This document shows, in pieces, positions 26,275-41,261 of a stretch of DNA of 64,000 bases. The position numbers were made by a program, and so were the translations under genes. The DNA is from Octopus vulgaris (lineage: Eukaryota). The notes under the pieces are model-generated. The model had not been told where the DNA came from, did no database searches, and saw only the letters and a program-made list of their open reading frames with translations. Every line of letters begins with the position of its first letter. The first letter of the stretch is position 1. Location: assembly GCA_951406725.2 (NCBI GenBank), contig OX597833.1, positions 11,966,001 to 12,030,000 of the forward strand, read 5' to 3'.

Positions 26275-26880
26275 TTGAGGTCATCCACAAAACCTATGAA
26301 TTACATTAATATATCAAGCAGCCGTAGGCCCTAGTATGTAGCACTTTGACTTTTGTAGAAGAAATAATGGATTTAATACCAAAATGAGCAGAATTACAGA
26401 AAGGCTCTCATAATATTCCCTTTGTAATATTTATAACATTGAAAAGATTGTTCTGCTCTCAGTTCTAAGTGAAAGAATTGTTTCCAGGTCTTTGTAAGCA
26501 TCTCAATGGCAGCAATTAAGGCAGCAAGCTCTTTTGTCAAGCAGCCATGAATGGGGAATGGATTCAAATGTCTTCCTATAATGAAACCATATTATTGCAA
26601 GGTTCCCGCAGTATTTTTTTTTTTTTACTTCAGACAGTTCAGCTTTGTTTATCAAAAGTTGTTCGCACATCGCCACACTCCCTTATTTCCAGTGACCCGC
26701 TCATCAGTCGCTATGTTGTTGGACTCGCAATGATCTTGGAGGAGTTGGTTGAGGCAACCTGTGTATAATTTGTACTTAACGTTTAGGCAAGCAATGGGCC
26801 TTTAATTTTCTGCCAGCTCGGTGGTTTCATTGTTGGCTACAAGATTCGTCCGCGCTATAACAAATCAATTTAGTATGTCA
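26275..26880 (-). mobile_element. Degenerate R4/Dong-like reverse transcriptase relic
   Basis: ACLNVKYKLYTGCL, YRKTFESIPHSWL, INITKGIL resemble RT motifs; may extend on both sides. Confidence 0.55.
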
Positions 26881-26892
26881 ACCCGACCTTCT

Positions 26893-27667
26893 ACATCAAA
26901 ATTACAAATATTACAAAGCATCAAATACTTAAAATTAGCTGGCCCGAACGCATAAGCAATGTGGAGCTATGGCAAAGAACAAATCAAGTTTCGATTAGGG
27001 AGCAAATATTTAAGAAAAAGTGAGTGGCTGTGTGGTAAGTAGCTTGCTAACCAACCACATGGTTGCGGGTTCAGTCCCACTGCGTTGCATCTTGGGCAAG
27101 TGTCTTCTGCTATAGCCCCGGGTCGACCAATGCCTTGTGAGTGGATTTGGTAGACGGAAACTGAAAGAAGCCTGTCGTATATATGTATGTGTGTTTGTTT
27201 GTGTGTCTGTGTTTGTCCCCCTAGCATTGCTTGACAACCGATGCTGGTGTGTTTATGTACCCGTAACTTAGCGGTTCGGCAAAAGAGACCGATAGAATAA
27301 GTACTGGGCATACAAAAAGAATAAGTCCCGGGGTCGATTTGCTCGATTAAAGGCGGTGCTCCAGCATGGCCGCAGTCAAATGACTGAAACAAGTAAAAGA
27401 GTAAAAGAGTAAAAGAGAGTGGATTGGTAGCACAATTAGAAAAGACACACCAAATGTAGCGAGAAGTGCTTTACAGTGGAATCCGGATGGATGTAGAAAG
27501 AAAGGTAGGCCTAAGAACGCATGGCGGAGATCAACACAGAAGGAACTAGAGAAAGGGGGACATTCATGGCAGAGTATAAGTATGGAAGCGAAAAATTATG
27601 CGACATGGAATTCAACTATACGTGGCCTATACTCCGCGTTGGAGGGTTAAAGGCATAAAGAAAGAAG
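26893..27667 (+). mobile_element. RTE-like LINE 3' fragment with 13-bp TSD, interrupted by SINE A (27022-27416)
   Basis: ILKISWPERISNVELW...ALQWNPDGCRKKGRPKNAWRR; TSD aacccgaccttct at 26880-26892 and 27668-27680. Confidence 0.85.
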
Positions 27668-27779
27668 AACCCGACCTTCTGCAGTATTTGTGAATGTATA
27701 AGTGGTTTCTTGAAATATGTCAGCCTCTTGTACCATTTTCCAACTATTAGTGCGTATTTATATTCTTGTGATTAACATC

Positions 27780-28190
27780 TATTTCTTTACTACCCACAAG
27801 GGGCTAAACGCAGAGAGGACAAACAAGAACAGACAAAGGGATTAAGTCGATTATATCGACCCCAGTGCGTAACTGGTACTTATTTAATCGACCCCGGAAG
27901 GATGAAAGGCAAAGTCGACCTCGGCGGAATTTGAACTCAGAACGTAGCGGCAGATGAAATACCTATTTCTTTACTACCTACAAGGGGCTAAACACAGAGA
28001 GGACAAACAAGAACAGACAAAGGGATTAAGTCGATTATATCGACCTCAATGCGTAACTGGTACTTATTTAATCGACCCCGGAAGGATGAAAGGCAAAGTC
28101 GACCTCGGCGGAATTTGAACTCAGAACGTAGCGGCAGACGAAATACGGCTACGCATTTCGCCCGGTGTGCTAACTATTCTGCCAGCTCCA
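27780..28190 (-). mobile_element. SINE family B, head plus two tandem units
   Basis: ~184-bp unit repeated near 27780 and 27964. Confidence 0.88.
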
Positions 28191-28875
28191 TGGGCTCTCC
28201 AGCGACATCGTCGATAACTTCCAATATTAGAGCTTAGGATTTTTTCTTCATCTTCTTTTAGAATGGCTTGTCGCTTAAAGATAGCTTTGAAAAAGTAGAA
28301 AAGTCTTATACAAACTTGGGCTTCAGGATGTTCCTATGTTGAATATATTCCACAGTTGTCTCTGATGACTCAGCTATATTTTGGAGAAAGACGAAAATTT
28401 AGTCGTGGCGGCAGTAGTTTCTTTACATTATTTTCGATCTCTGTTCTGGCAGGTTTTGACCAGTTCTCAGTGTTTCGAGAAGATCTATTTACATCACGAG
28501 TGCAAGCCATTGTTTTCAAAAGATATTTGCTGATGGAGCTGGTTTTGCAGTAAAGGTGCTTAAATTGGGGTCAGCTTCGTCCTATTGTTTTTTTGACTGC
28601 TTCATATATCTGACAGAAGGGTATTCACACGGTTTTTTTTTATAGCATCGAAGTAAATCTTGGTTTAGATGTAGAGTCCAAATAAAGTGAGAGGAGTATT
28701 TACGCCTTCTTAGATAGCTTACTGGTGCTGTAGTGCTTTTTCGTCGGTGGTGTTCTTACTCAAGTCTGATTTGAAGCAATGATGTAATCATGATGTTCTG
28801 GTAATCTGATGAACCAGCCTTCACAGTCTGCACTGATTTGTAAATGTACAATTGTATTGTATAATGGGTAGCATA

Positions 28876-29344
<469 letters not shown>

Positions 29345-29456
29345 TTATGTGTGTGTGTGTAGGAAATAGCTCATCCTTCAAACTTACTGTATTAATCTCG
29401 CTACCGCGTTCGGAGGTTACTCTTTATTCTAATAGTAATTTTCCTTTTACTTCATA

Positions 29457-29830
29457 CTAGCAGTATCGCCCGGCGTTGCTCAGGTTTGTAAGGGAAATAA
29501 CTATAAAGTATTTTTAGAGAGTTATAGCCAAAAAATAGCAAAAAAATGGGAAAAAATGATGGTAAATTTTTTTTTAGTTAAAAAGGTGGAGTTGCGTTCC
29601 CTAGACAGTTTGTGTTTCTGATTCTCGACCCCATGTCGAATTTATTGATTTTTTTCAGAACTGGGGGAACTTTTCAAAATTTTCGCTGCGTTAGTTTTGA
29701 ATTATGACATTGGGCTATGTGTGTGTCAAGTTTCATCAGAATCGGTTGAAAGCCGTGGTCAGGGTGAGGGTACAAGCAAACAGACACACAGAAACACGCA
29801 CAGACAAACTGCCGTTTATATATAGAGAGA
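29457..29830 (-). mobile_element. Non-autonomous Helitron with shared 3' end and different 5' part
   Basis: Same hairpin plus CTAG end; 5' TCTCTCTATATATAAACGGCAG. Confidence 0.78.
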
Positions 29831-30344
29831 TTCCTATGATCAGATTTTGCTTTCCAGTGTTATTAACTAATGTTTTGTATTTATTTTTGTTTTGTGTTTT
29901 ATATCACAATGTGGAGATTGGTCGCTCAATGTGATATTTATGAACATATAGTCTTCCATATATTTTATTTTTTTTGTTTTGAACGGCTTCAGTGACCGGA
30001 CAAAAGACTTCCTGACATACCGTCTTCATGAGTTCAGTCAGTCCGTGAAGACTGAAATAGATATTTTTGTTTCTTATTTACTTTATCGGTATCTATTTTC
30101 CCAAGAGCTTGCAACGAATTTTCAAGCGGTGTCAAGGATACACATATGTTTACAAACAAGCGTACATATTCATATATATATATATAATAATAATAAGAAG
30201 AAGAAGAAGAGTAAATAATTCCTTTAATGGTTTTTAAAAAAACAACAATTATTTACTGGTAGAATTCGGTATGTAAATATAACCAATTTCTAATTGTTTC
30301 GGTATGCGGCCAAGCAACCTGTTGCCTGCCCCTTTTATTTATAT

Positions 30345-30393
<49 letters not shown>

Positions 30394-30950
30394 TATTATA
30401 AAAGGCAGATTTTATCTGCCTCCCCTTTGGGAGTTATACAAATCTACAATATAGGATTTCTTCAATTACAATTTACCTAGCAGTTTTAAGAGTACAATGC
30501 ATCGCGTCATGCCAGGTCCAGTTTTTAAAATTTTAACTCCAATTAAGCAAAATTTACAGAAAACTCACATTCTGGTGTGTGTGTCAAATGCTTTTCTTAG
30601 TCTGGTTTACACCACACTAGCAGTTTTAAGAGTACAATGCATCGCGTCATGCCAGGTCCAGTTTTTAAAAAACGCACACACACAGTGGTTTACACCACAC
30701 GCAACGCACACACAATAAAATGAAACTAATTCACTTACTGTAGTGAGTGATTCTTTCACTCTGCCTCCCACTTCCTCTTTCCACACATAGACACGCAAAT
30801 ATATAAATAAAATTGTAAGCTAACGTGCGTGTGTGTGCGCGCGTGTGTGTGTGTGAGGGTGCGTGTGTGTGTGTGTGTGTGTGCGTGTGCGTGAGTGTGT
30901 GACAGGAAACTTTTTACGACGAATATAACACCTATATCCAAGTAGCAGAA

Positions 30951-31435
30951 AGATAAGACAGTAAGGTGTGATTTGAGGGAGATTTGGCTGCTATTTCTAC
31001 CATGTCTAGCTGCCATGTAGGGGTCTCCCTCATTGGCTCATACATACATATATACATAGATAAGACAGTAAGGTGTGATTTGGGGGAAATTTGGCTGCTA
31101 TTTCTAGCAGGTCTAGCTACCATGTAGAGGTCTCACCCATTGGCTCATACATACATATATACATAGATAAGAGAGTAGGGTGTGATTTGAGGGAGATTTG
31201 GCTGCTATTTCTACCATGTCTAGCTGCCATGTAGGGGTCTCACCCATTGGCTCATACATACATATATACATAGATAAGACAGTAAGGTGTGATTTGGGGG
31301 AAATTTGGCTGCTATTTCTACCATGTCTAGCTACCATGTAGAGGTCCCCCTCATTGGCTCATATATATATACATACATAAGACAGTAAGGTGTGATTTGA
31401 GGGAGATTTGGCTGCTGTTTCTACCAGGTCTGTTA
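30951..31435. repeat. 107-bp minisatellite, ~4.5 copies, alternating A/B variants
   Basis: Units near 30951, 31058, 31165, 31272, 31375. Confidence 0.9.
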
Positions 31436-31800
31436 GGCCTTCTCATGTAAACTCAAGCTTTCTCATGCCTTGAACATAAGACCAAAGCAGAGAATGTATT
31501 CTTTTATTCTTCTGCTTTTTCCAGCCATTGGTCTGTGGCCATGCTGGGGCAATGCCTTCAAGAATTGTAGTTTAATGAATCAACTCCAGTTTTATTTTTG
31601 TAAGCATTGTACTTATTCTATCTGTTTCCTTTGTCAAACCACTAGGTGACAGGGATGTAAACAAACCAACATTCGTTGTCAAGCAGTGGTGGAGGACAAT
31701 CACAAGCACAGACACGCACACACACACACACACATACATGCATACACATATACACACATACATACATACATACATATATATATATGTGTGTATATATATA

Positions 31801-32123
31801 TTGCAGCGTGGAAGGTGTTTGTAAGCCATTTAAGAAACACACAAAAACCGTTACATTCACTTCAACATTTAAATTTAATTTGCCAAAATATTTTCGTCGC
31901 TTTGAGACCGCGACCTGTTCACTGACAAAAATATCGTGCTAACAGGTCGCGGTCTCAAAGCGACGAAAATATTTTGACAAATTAAATTTAAATGTTGAAG
32001 TGAATCTAACGGTTTTTGTGTGTTTCTTAAATGGCTTATAAACACCTTCAACGCTGCAACTGTTTTCGTTCCAGCACACGATCTCAGATCAAGTCACTTG
32101 CTATGCAAGTACATCTCTGTAAC
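31801..32123. mobile_element. Palindromic PLE-like remnant (duplicate at ~37159-37481)
   Basis: Arms ~31801-31918 and ~31941-32058; flanked by (TA)n. Confidence 0.7.
31879..31929 (-). ncRNA. Minimal hammerhead-like motif, G3:C8 variant (duplicate 37237-37287)
   Basis: TTTGTCA GTGAACA G GTCGC-GGTCTCAAA-GCGAC GAAA ATAT TT TGGCAAA. Confidence 0.7.
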
Positions 32124-32221
32124 TATATATATATTTATATATATATATATATGTATATTGGTAAAAACAGTAAGATAACAAAAGAAAGAAAGAGACCTCA
32201 ATATTATGTAAATAGAGGAAA

Positions 32222-32616
32222 TCTTTATATATAAAAGTGAGGTTGTGTGTCTGTCTCCTACGATTTAGATTCCTAACTACTCCCACATTTTGCGGTGCAG
32301 TTTAACCAAAACCGGGTATCTTATAGTCGTGATTCATATCGAGACCGTCTGGGTATTAGCGCGCGTCTAAGATGAGTCTACGATTTAAAAAAAAATTTAC
32401 CATCAATTTTTCCCATTTTTAATCCATTTTTGACATATATAAGGGAAGTAACTCTCTAAAATTTATTATTAAATCTCAGAACGTAAAAAGCTACAGTAAC
32501 ACCCCTCCCCCTTTGTGGTTAGCCATATTGACATGGCTATTATACTTTACATCTCTAAAAATGCTTATATAATTATTTCCCTTACAAACCCGAGCAACGC
32601 CGGGCGATACTGCTAG
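32222..32616 (+). mobile_element. Non-autonomous Helitron (duplicate 37580-37972)
   Basis: A|TC...hairpin...CTAG|T. Confidence 0.85.
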
Positions 32617-32650
<34 letters not shown>

Positions 32651-32692
32651 CATGTGTGTGTGTGTATCTATCTATCTATCTTTATAAATAAA

Positions 32693-32726
<34 letters not shown>

Positions 32727-32727
<1 letters not shown>

Positions 32728-33629
32728 GATGTCTGTTCAATAAGTATCAGGACTGTTGCCATAGAAACGAAGCTAAAGCACGCAGAGTGAAGTCGCTCGG
32801 CAAAGATTGACCAAAATCTCTGCTGTGCATGCGCACAAAGTTTTAGCATTCAAGCTCACTTTCGCTGTTTACAGTAGTGCTTGGAAGGAAAGGTGTGTAA
32901 GGTGTGATCGTCGAATTGACCATGAAAGAGAAAGTTGCCATAGCGATACTTGTTTAGAGGCCTATGCAAAGTTGTAGAAAGTGTATGGAGAAGAGTGTAT
33001 GAGCCGCACACAAGTGTACATACGGTTCAAACGTTTCCAAGATGGCTGAAAAAATGTCGATATTGACGGACGTTCTAGAAGACTCGCAATTAGGAGAACT
33101 GAGAAAAAAAACATCGCAGTTGTGCGTGCAGCTGTGAGGGGATACCGTCCAATCACCATCCGTGAGTTATGAAATGATGTGGAGATTAGTTACGGTTCAG
33201 TTCAGTCCATCATCACTGAAGATTTGGGTACGAGACACGTGTCTGCCAATTTTATGCCAAAACTGCTTCAGCTGACCACAGAGACACTAGGGGTTTCAGT
33301 TGCACAAGATCTCCTTGATTGTGTCGAGAACGATGAAGACGCTTTTAAATCTTTGCGTAGACCTATGAGCAGGTATCGCCAAGCTTTTGGCAAAATTTGA
33401 TGCAGATTCCCAGCTCAATTTTCTCTGACATGGCCAATGCGATGGTTACACGCTATATCCCTTCTTTCCTTCCAAGCACTGCTGTAAACAGCGGAAGTGA
33501 GCTAGAAAATTAAGACTTAGTGCGCATTTACAGTAGAGTTCAAGATAAATCAATGCCAAGCAGTTTTACTTTGCATGCTTTAGCTTCGCGACTACGACAA
33601 CAGTCCGGATACTTATTGATCAGACCTCG
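32727..33629 (+). mobile_element. Internally deleted mariner element with long TIRs
   Basis: TA|CGA...TCG|TA; ~160-bp imperfect TIRs; relic ISYGSVQSIITEDLGTRHVSANFMPKLL. Confidence 0.85.
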
Positions 33630-34334
33630 TATACACATACACCCAGACACACACATTTATTCGTTCCAGCCTTCCTGTTGTGTCCCGTCATGACCACGAT
33701 CAGCAAGCTGGAACTCATATCTATCCATCTTTCTTTAAACATACACCTAACACCTATATGTATATGTTTATATAAACATACATATATATACTTATATATA
33801 TATATATATAGTAGATATATGTTACGAAAAGAAAATATAAAATACACGTGGAAATGTAAGGGTAAAATATGAATAAAATCAACGAAAATGCACATTGCAA
33901 ATAAAAAAAGGCTATTTATGACAGGTAACGACAAATATATTCATTTAGATTGACTGAGGTAGTAATACGAGTCATAAAAGTCATTATTATGAGATGATTA
34001 TAATATGATAATAAAGTAAGAGAATAAAACGGACCATGGTTTACGCAAAGCTATTCATCGTTTGAACAATATATATATATATATATATATATAGATAGAT
34101 AGATAGATAGATATATAGATAGATAGATAGATAGATACTATATATATATGTGTGTGTGTCTGTGTTTATATATGTGTCACCATATTTATCCGACTATCGA
34201 ATTTCCCTCACAAAGCATTGTTATCCCGAGGCGATGGGGGAAGGCACTTGTCCAATGTGCCAAGAAGTGGGATTGAAACTAGTCGTACATAGCTGCAAAT
34301 TGAACTCCTTTCCTGCAGGCACGTACTCACATAC

Positions 34335-34564
34335 TCTTACTCTTTTTTACTCTTTTACTTGTTTCAGTCATTTGACTGCAGCCATGCTGGAGCACCGCCT
34401 TTAGTCGAGCAAATCGACCCCGGGACTTATTCTTTGTAAGCCCAGTACTTATTCTATCGGTCTCTTTTGCCGAACCGCTAAGTGACGGGGACGTAAACAC
34501 ACCAGCATCGCTTGTCAAGCAATGCTAGAGGGACAAACACAGACACACAAGCATATACACAAAC

Positions 34565-34643
<79 letters not shown>

Positions 34644-34806
34644 GACAGGCTTCTTTCAGTTTCCGTCTACCAAATCCACTCACAAGGCTTTGGTCGGCCC
34701 GAGGCTATAGCAGAAGACACTTGCCCGAGTTGCCACGCAGTGGGACTGAACCCAGAACCATGTGGCTGGTTAGCAAGCTACTTACCACACAGCCACTCCT
34801 GCGCCT
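34335..34806 (-). mobile_element. SINE family A (duplicate 39745-40193)
   Basis: Family consensus. Confidence 0.9.
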
Positions 34807-34835
34807 ATGTAAATAAATAAACTAATATGTTTATG

Positions 34836-34867
<32 letters not shown>

Positions 34868-35872
34868 AACACGCTGAATGAATTGAAATTCATTGGATGA
34901 ACCCACAAACAAGCATACATATGCATAGATACATGCATTTGAATATATATGGGTGTTTGTTTATTGTTCATATAATTTATATGCGTAAAAGTTAAGAATA
35001 AAAGTTCAGAATAGATGTGTGAAATTTATATATTTTTTTACACTCTTTCGTGAAATAATACTGAAATTTATTTGGGAATAAAATTTTGTGGTGTCTGTAT
35101 ATGTGAGAATTCTATTGAATAAAATTATGCTGAATAGTGACTCATTTAAACATGAAATTGTGGTATTTCGACTTTTTTGTGCACTCTTATTTTATATTGC
35201 TTTGTTTTGCAAGATGTAATGTCAGAAATAATAGTGTTTTGTTTTCATATTTTAACTTGATTTATTCATTTCATAAAGATTCCTTATAGATTTTGTCTCA
35301 AAACAATGATAGTGCCTAGTTGTCGCGTAGAAGTGTACATAAAAGAAGTACACACGATTGTGCACAAATAAAAATATCCATAACTTGTTTAGGTCTTTTT
35401 GGACAGCCATGCGTGACAATTTCATAAGGTGTTAACAAAAACTGCAACTCGTCAGGTCTTTTCCCAACCACCGAGAGAACTACCTGTAGGTTATTTTGTC
35501 ATATCATGTCTAAATATGCATTTAATAATTACGTAAGCACGATATATAACTATAAATGCTTTGATTTACTGTACATTATATATGGCATTATAAGCACTAA
35601 GTTGCACGTTATTACTTATAATATCATGTTTTTTGTACAAACTGATATATATATATATTAATAATAAAATATTAGGGAATAAATCCAAACTTTCAGGGAA
35701 AAATCAGAGTTAAGATTAAATCCAATTTTATGGTATAAATATATTATATTATATTATATTAAATTAGAGATAAAACCACTATTAGGCAGATCAAACAATG
35801 AAAAACATAAGCCAATACATAAAATTAATTAATTTATATTATTTTAAATATATATCAAAAGTATTAAAAGTT

Positions 35873-36644
35873 CCAGACACCCCGCTAAGTACTTGACAGA
35901 CACTGACTTTGCTGACGACATCGCTCTTATCAGTGATTCTCTCTCCAATGCCCAGTCTCTTTTACAATCTCTTGAACAAGCCTCAAATTGCATAGGTCTT
36001 TACCTCAATGAGGCCAAAACTGAATACATAAACAAGTGCCTGTCCAACAGTGATTGCATCATCCATACTCTCAACAGTGCGCCTTTAGATATGGTTTCTG
36101 ATTATAAATATCTTGGGTCATACATATCATCATCTGGAAAATACTTTCTAACTAGAAAGGGTATGGCCTGGTCAGCCTGTAATGACATGCATAAGATCTG
36201 GTCATCAAATCTAAGTAGAGACTTCAAACTTGAAATATTCAAAGCCACAGTCGAACCAATTCTACTATATGGCTCAGAAACCTGGACGTTATCAAAGAAG
36301 CTTGAGAGGCGGTTGGATGGAACCTACACTCGCCTCCTTATGGGAGCTCAAAATCTCTCGTGGAAGCGCCATCCAACCAAAATGCAAATATATGGGAAAT
36401 TACCACCTGTGTCATCTCTTGTGAAAGGTAGGAGAGTCCAGTTTGCTGGACATTGTTGTAGAGCTGAAAAAGAAGTAATTTCTACTCTTCTCCTCTGGAA
36501 ACCATCTACTCGCAATACCAGAGGGCGCACACTCTCCTACCCTGATGTAATCTCCAAGGATACAGGCATCCAGCAACAGGACCTCCGTAATGCTATGATG
36601 GACCGTGAAGTCTGGCGTAACATAGTAAATTCCATTGTCTCGAC
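35873..36644 (+). mobile_element. RTE-clade LINE RT 3' fragment, cut at the duplication junction
   Basis: DFADDIAL, YKYLGS, LLYGSETW, FAGHC. Confidence 0.9.
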
Positions 36645-37972
36645 AGTAAGGTGTGATTTGGGGGAAATTTGGCTGCTATTTCTACCATGTCTAGCTACCA
36701 TGTAGAGGTCCCCCTCATTGGCTCATATATATATATACATACATAAGACAGTAAGGTGTGATTTGAGGGAGATTTGGCTGCTGTTTCTACCAGGTCTGTT
36801 AGGCCTTCTCATGTAAACTCAAGCTTTCTCATGCCTTGAACATAAGAGCAAAGCAGAGAATGTATTCTTTTATTCTTCTGCTTTTTCCAGCCATTGGTCT
36901 GTGGCCATGCTGGGGCAATGCCTTCAAGAATTGTAGTTTAATGAATCAACTCCAGTTTTATTTTTGTAAGCATTGTACTTATTCTATCTGTTTCCTTTGT
37001 CAAACCACTAGGTGACATGGATGTAAACAAACCAACATTCGTTGTCAAGCAGTGGTGGACGACAATCACAAGCACAGACACGCACACACACACACACATA
37101 CATGCATACACATATACACACATACATACATACATATATATATGTGTGTATATATATATTGCAGCGTGGAAGGTGTTTGTAAGCCATTTAAGAAACACAC
37201 AAAAACCGTTACATTCACTTCAACATTTAAATTTAATTTGCCAAAATATTTTCGTCGCTTTGAGACCGCGACCTGTTCACTGACAAAAATATCGTGCTAA
37301 CAGGTCGCGGTCTCAAAGCGACGAAAATATTTTGACAAATTAAATTTAAATGTTGAAGTGAATCTAACGGTTTTTGTGTGTTTCTTAAATGGCTTATAAA
37401 CACCTTCAACGCTGCAACTGTTTTCGTTCCAGCACACGATCTCAGATCAAGTCACTTGCTATGCAAGTACATCTCTGTAACTATATATATATTTATATAT
37501 ATATATATATGTATATTGGTAAAAACAGTAAGATAACAAAAGAAAGAAAGAGACCTCAATATTATGTAAATAGAGGAAATCTTTATATATAAAAGTGAGG
37601 TTGTGTGTCTGTCTCCTACGATTTAGATTCCTAACTACTCCCACATTTTGCGGTGCAGTTTAACCAAAACCGGGTATCTTATAGTCGTGATTCATATCGA
37701 GACCGTCTGGGTATTAGCGCGCGTCTAAGATGAGTCTACGATTTAAAAAAAAAATTACATCAATTTTTCCCATTTTTAATCCATTTTTGACATATATAAG
37801 GGAAGTAACTCTCTAAAATTTATTATTAAATCTCAGAACGTAAAAAGCTACAGTAACACCCCTCCCCTTTGTGGTTAGCCATATTGACATGGCTATTATA
37901 CTTTACATCTCTAAAAATGCTTATATAATTATTTCCCTTACAAACCCGAGCAACGCCGGGCGATACTGCTAG

Positions 37973-38004
<32 letters not shown>

Positions 38005-38046
38005 CATGTGTGTGTGTGTATCTATCTATCTATCTTTATAAATAAA

Positions 38047-38098
<52 letters not shown>

Positions 38099-38110
38099 TA
38101 TATATATATA

Positions 38111-39013
38111 CGATGTCTGTTCAATAAGTATCAGGACTGTTGCCATAGAAACGAAGCTAAAGCACGCAGAGTGAAGTCGCTCGGCAAAGATTGACCAAGA
38201 TCTCTGCTGTGCATGCGCACAAAGTTTTAGCATTCAAGCTCACTTTCGCTGTTTACAGTAGTGCTTGGAAGGAAAGGTGTGTAAGGTGTGATCGTCGAAT
38301 TGACCATGAAAGAGAAAGTTGCCATAGCGATACTTGTTTAGAGGCCTATGCAAAGTTGTAGAAAGTGTATGGAGAAGAGTGTATGAGCCGCACACAAGTG
38401 TACATACGGTTCAAACGTTTCCAAGATGGCTGAAAAAATGTCGATATTGACGGACGTTCTAGAAGACTCGCAATTAGGAGAACTGAGAAAAAAAACATCG
38501 CAGTTGTGCGTGCAGCTGTGAGGGGATACCGTCCAATCACCATCCGTGAGTTATGAAATGATGTGGAGATTAGTTACGGTTCAGTTCAGTCCATCATCAC
38601 TGAAGATTTGGGTACGAGACACGTGTCTGTCAATTTTATGCCAAAACTGCTTCAGCTGACCACAGAGACACTAGGGGTTTCAGTTGCACAAGATCTCCTT
38701 GATTGTGTCGAGAACGATGAAGACGCTTTTAAATCTTTGCGTAGACCTATGAGCAGGTATCGCCAAGCTTTTGGCAAAATTTGATGCAGATTCCCAGCTC
38801 AATTTTCTCTGACATGGCCAATGCGATGGTTACACGCTATATCCCTTCTTTCCTTCCAAGCACTGCTGTAAACAGCGGAAGTGAGCTAGAAAATTAAGAC
38901 TTAGTGCGCATTTACAGTAGAGTTCAAGATAAATCAATGCCAAGCAGTTTTACTTTGCATGCTTTAGCTTCGCGACTACGACAACAGTCCGGATACTTAT
39001 TGATCAGACCTCG
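38111..39013 (+). mobile_element. Duplicate of the deleted mariner element
   Basis: Near-identical to 32727-33629. Confidence 0.85.
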
Positions 39014-39446
39014 TATACACATACACCCAGACACACACATTTATTCGTTCCAGCCTTCCTGTTGTGTCCCGTCATGACCACGATCAGCAAGCTGGAACTC
39101 ATCTATCCATCTTTCTTTAAACATACACCTAACACCTATATGTATATGTTTATATAAACATACATATATATACTTATATATATATATATATAGTAGATAT
39201 ATGTTACGAAAAGAAAATATAAAATACACGTGGAAATGTAAGGGTAAAATATGAATAAAATCAACGAAAATGCACATTGCAAATAAAAAAAGGCTATTTA
39301 TGACAGGTAACGACAAATATATTCATTTAGATTGACTGAGGTAGTAATATGAGTCATAAAAGTCATTATTATGAGATGATTATAAGATGATAATAAAGTA
39401 AGAGAACAAAATGGACCATGGTTTACGCAAAGCTATTCATCGTTTG

Positions 39447-39497
<51 letters not shown>

Positions 39498-39506
39498 TAT
39501 ATATAT

Positions 39507-39537
<31 letters not shown>

Positions 39538-39544
39538 TAGATAC

Positions 39545-39579
<35 letters not shown>

Positions 39580-39982
39580 TTATATATGTGTCACCATATT
39601 TATCCGACTATCGAATTTCCCTCACAAAGCATTGTTATCCCGAGGCGATGGGGGAAGGCACTTGTCCAATGTGCCAAGAAGTGGGATTGAAACTAGTCGT
39701 ACATAGCTGCAAATTGAACTCCTTTCCTGCAGGCACGTACTCACATACTCTTACTCTTTTTTACTCTTTTACTTGTTTCAGTCATTTGACTGCAGCCATG
39801 CTGGATGGAGCACCGCCTTTAGTCGAGCAAATCGACCCCGGGACTTATTCTTTGTAAGCCCAGTACTTATTCTATCGGTCTCTTTTGCCGAACCGCTAAG
39901 TGACGGGGACGTAAACACACTAGCATCGCTTGTCAAGCAATGCTAGAGGGACAAACACAGACACACAAGCATATACACAAAC

Positions 39983-40027
<45 letters not shown>

Positions 40028-41261
40028 TACGACAGGCTTCTTTCAGTTTCCGTCTACCAAATCCACTCACAAGGCTTTGGTCGGCCCGAGGCTATAGCAG
40101 AAGACACTTGCCCGAGTTGCCACGCAGTGGGACTGAACTCAGAACCATGTGGCTGGTTAGCAAGCTACTTACCACATAGCCACTCCTGCGCCTATGTAAA
40201 TAAATAAACTAATATGTTTATGCACACACACACACACACACACACACGCACAAACACGCTGAATGAATTGAAATTCATTGGATGAATCCACAAACAAGCA
40301 TACATATGCATAGATACATGCATTTGAATATATATGGGTGTTTGTTTATTGTTCATATAATTTATATGCGTAAAAGTTAAGAATAAAAGTTCAGAATAGA
40401 TGTGTGAAATTTATATATTTTTTTACACTCTTTCGTGAAATAATACTGAAATTTATTTGGGAATAAAATTTTGTGGTGTCTGTATATGTGAGAATTCTAT
40501 TGAATAAAATTATGCTGAATAGTGACTCATTTAAACATGAAATTGTGGTATTTCGACTTTTTTGTGCACTCTTATTATTTATTGCTTTGTTTTGCAAGAT
40601 GTAATGTCAGAAATAATAGTGTTTTGTTTCCATATTTTAACTTGATTTATTCATTTCATAAAGATTCCTTATAGATTTTGTCTCAAAACAATGATAGTGC
40701 CTAGTTGTCGCGTAGAAGTGTACATAAAAGAAGTACACACGATTGTGCACAAATAAAAATATCCATAACTTGTTTAGGTCTTTTTGGACAGCCATGCGTG
40801 ACAATTTCATAAGGTGTTAACAAAAACTGCAACTCGTCAGGTCTTTTCCCAACCACCGAGAGAACTACCTGTAGGTTATTTTCTCATATCATGTCTAAAT
40901 ATGCATTTAATAATTACGTAAGCACGATATATAACTATAAATGCTTTGATTTACTGTACATTATATATGGCATTATAAGCACTAAGTTGCACGTTATTAC
41001 TTATAATATCATGTTTTTTGTACAAACTGATATATATATATATATATTAATAATAAAATATTAGGGAATAAATCCAAACTTACAGGGAAAAATCAGATTT
41101 AGGATTAAATCAAATTTTATGGTATAAATATATTATATTATATTATATTAAATTAGAGATAAAACCACTATTAGGCAGATCAAACAATGAAAAACATAAG
41201 CCAATACATAAAATTAATTAATTTATATTATTTTAAATATATATCAAAAGTATTAAAAGTT

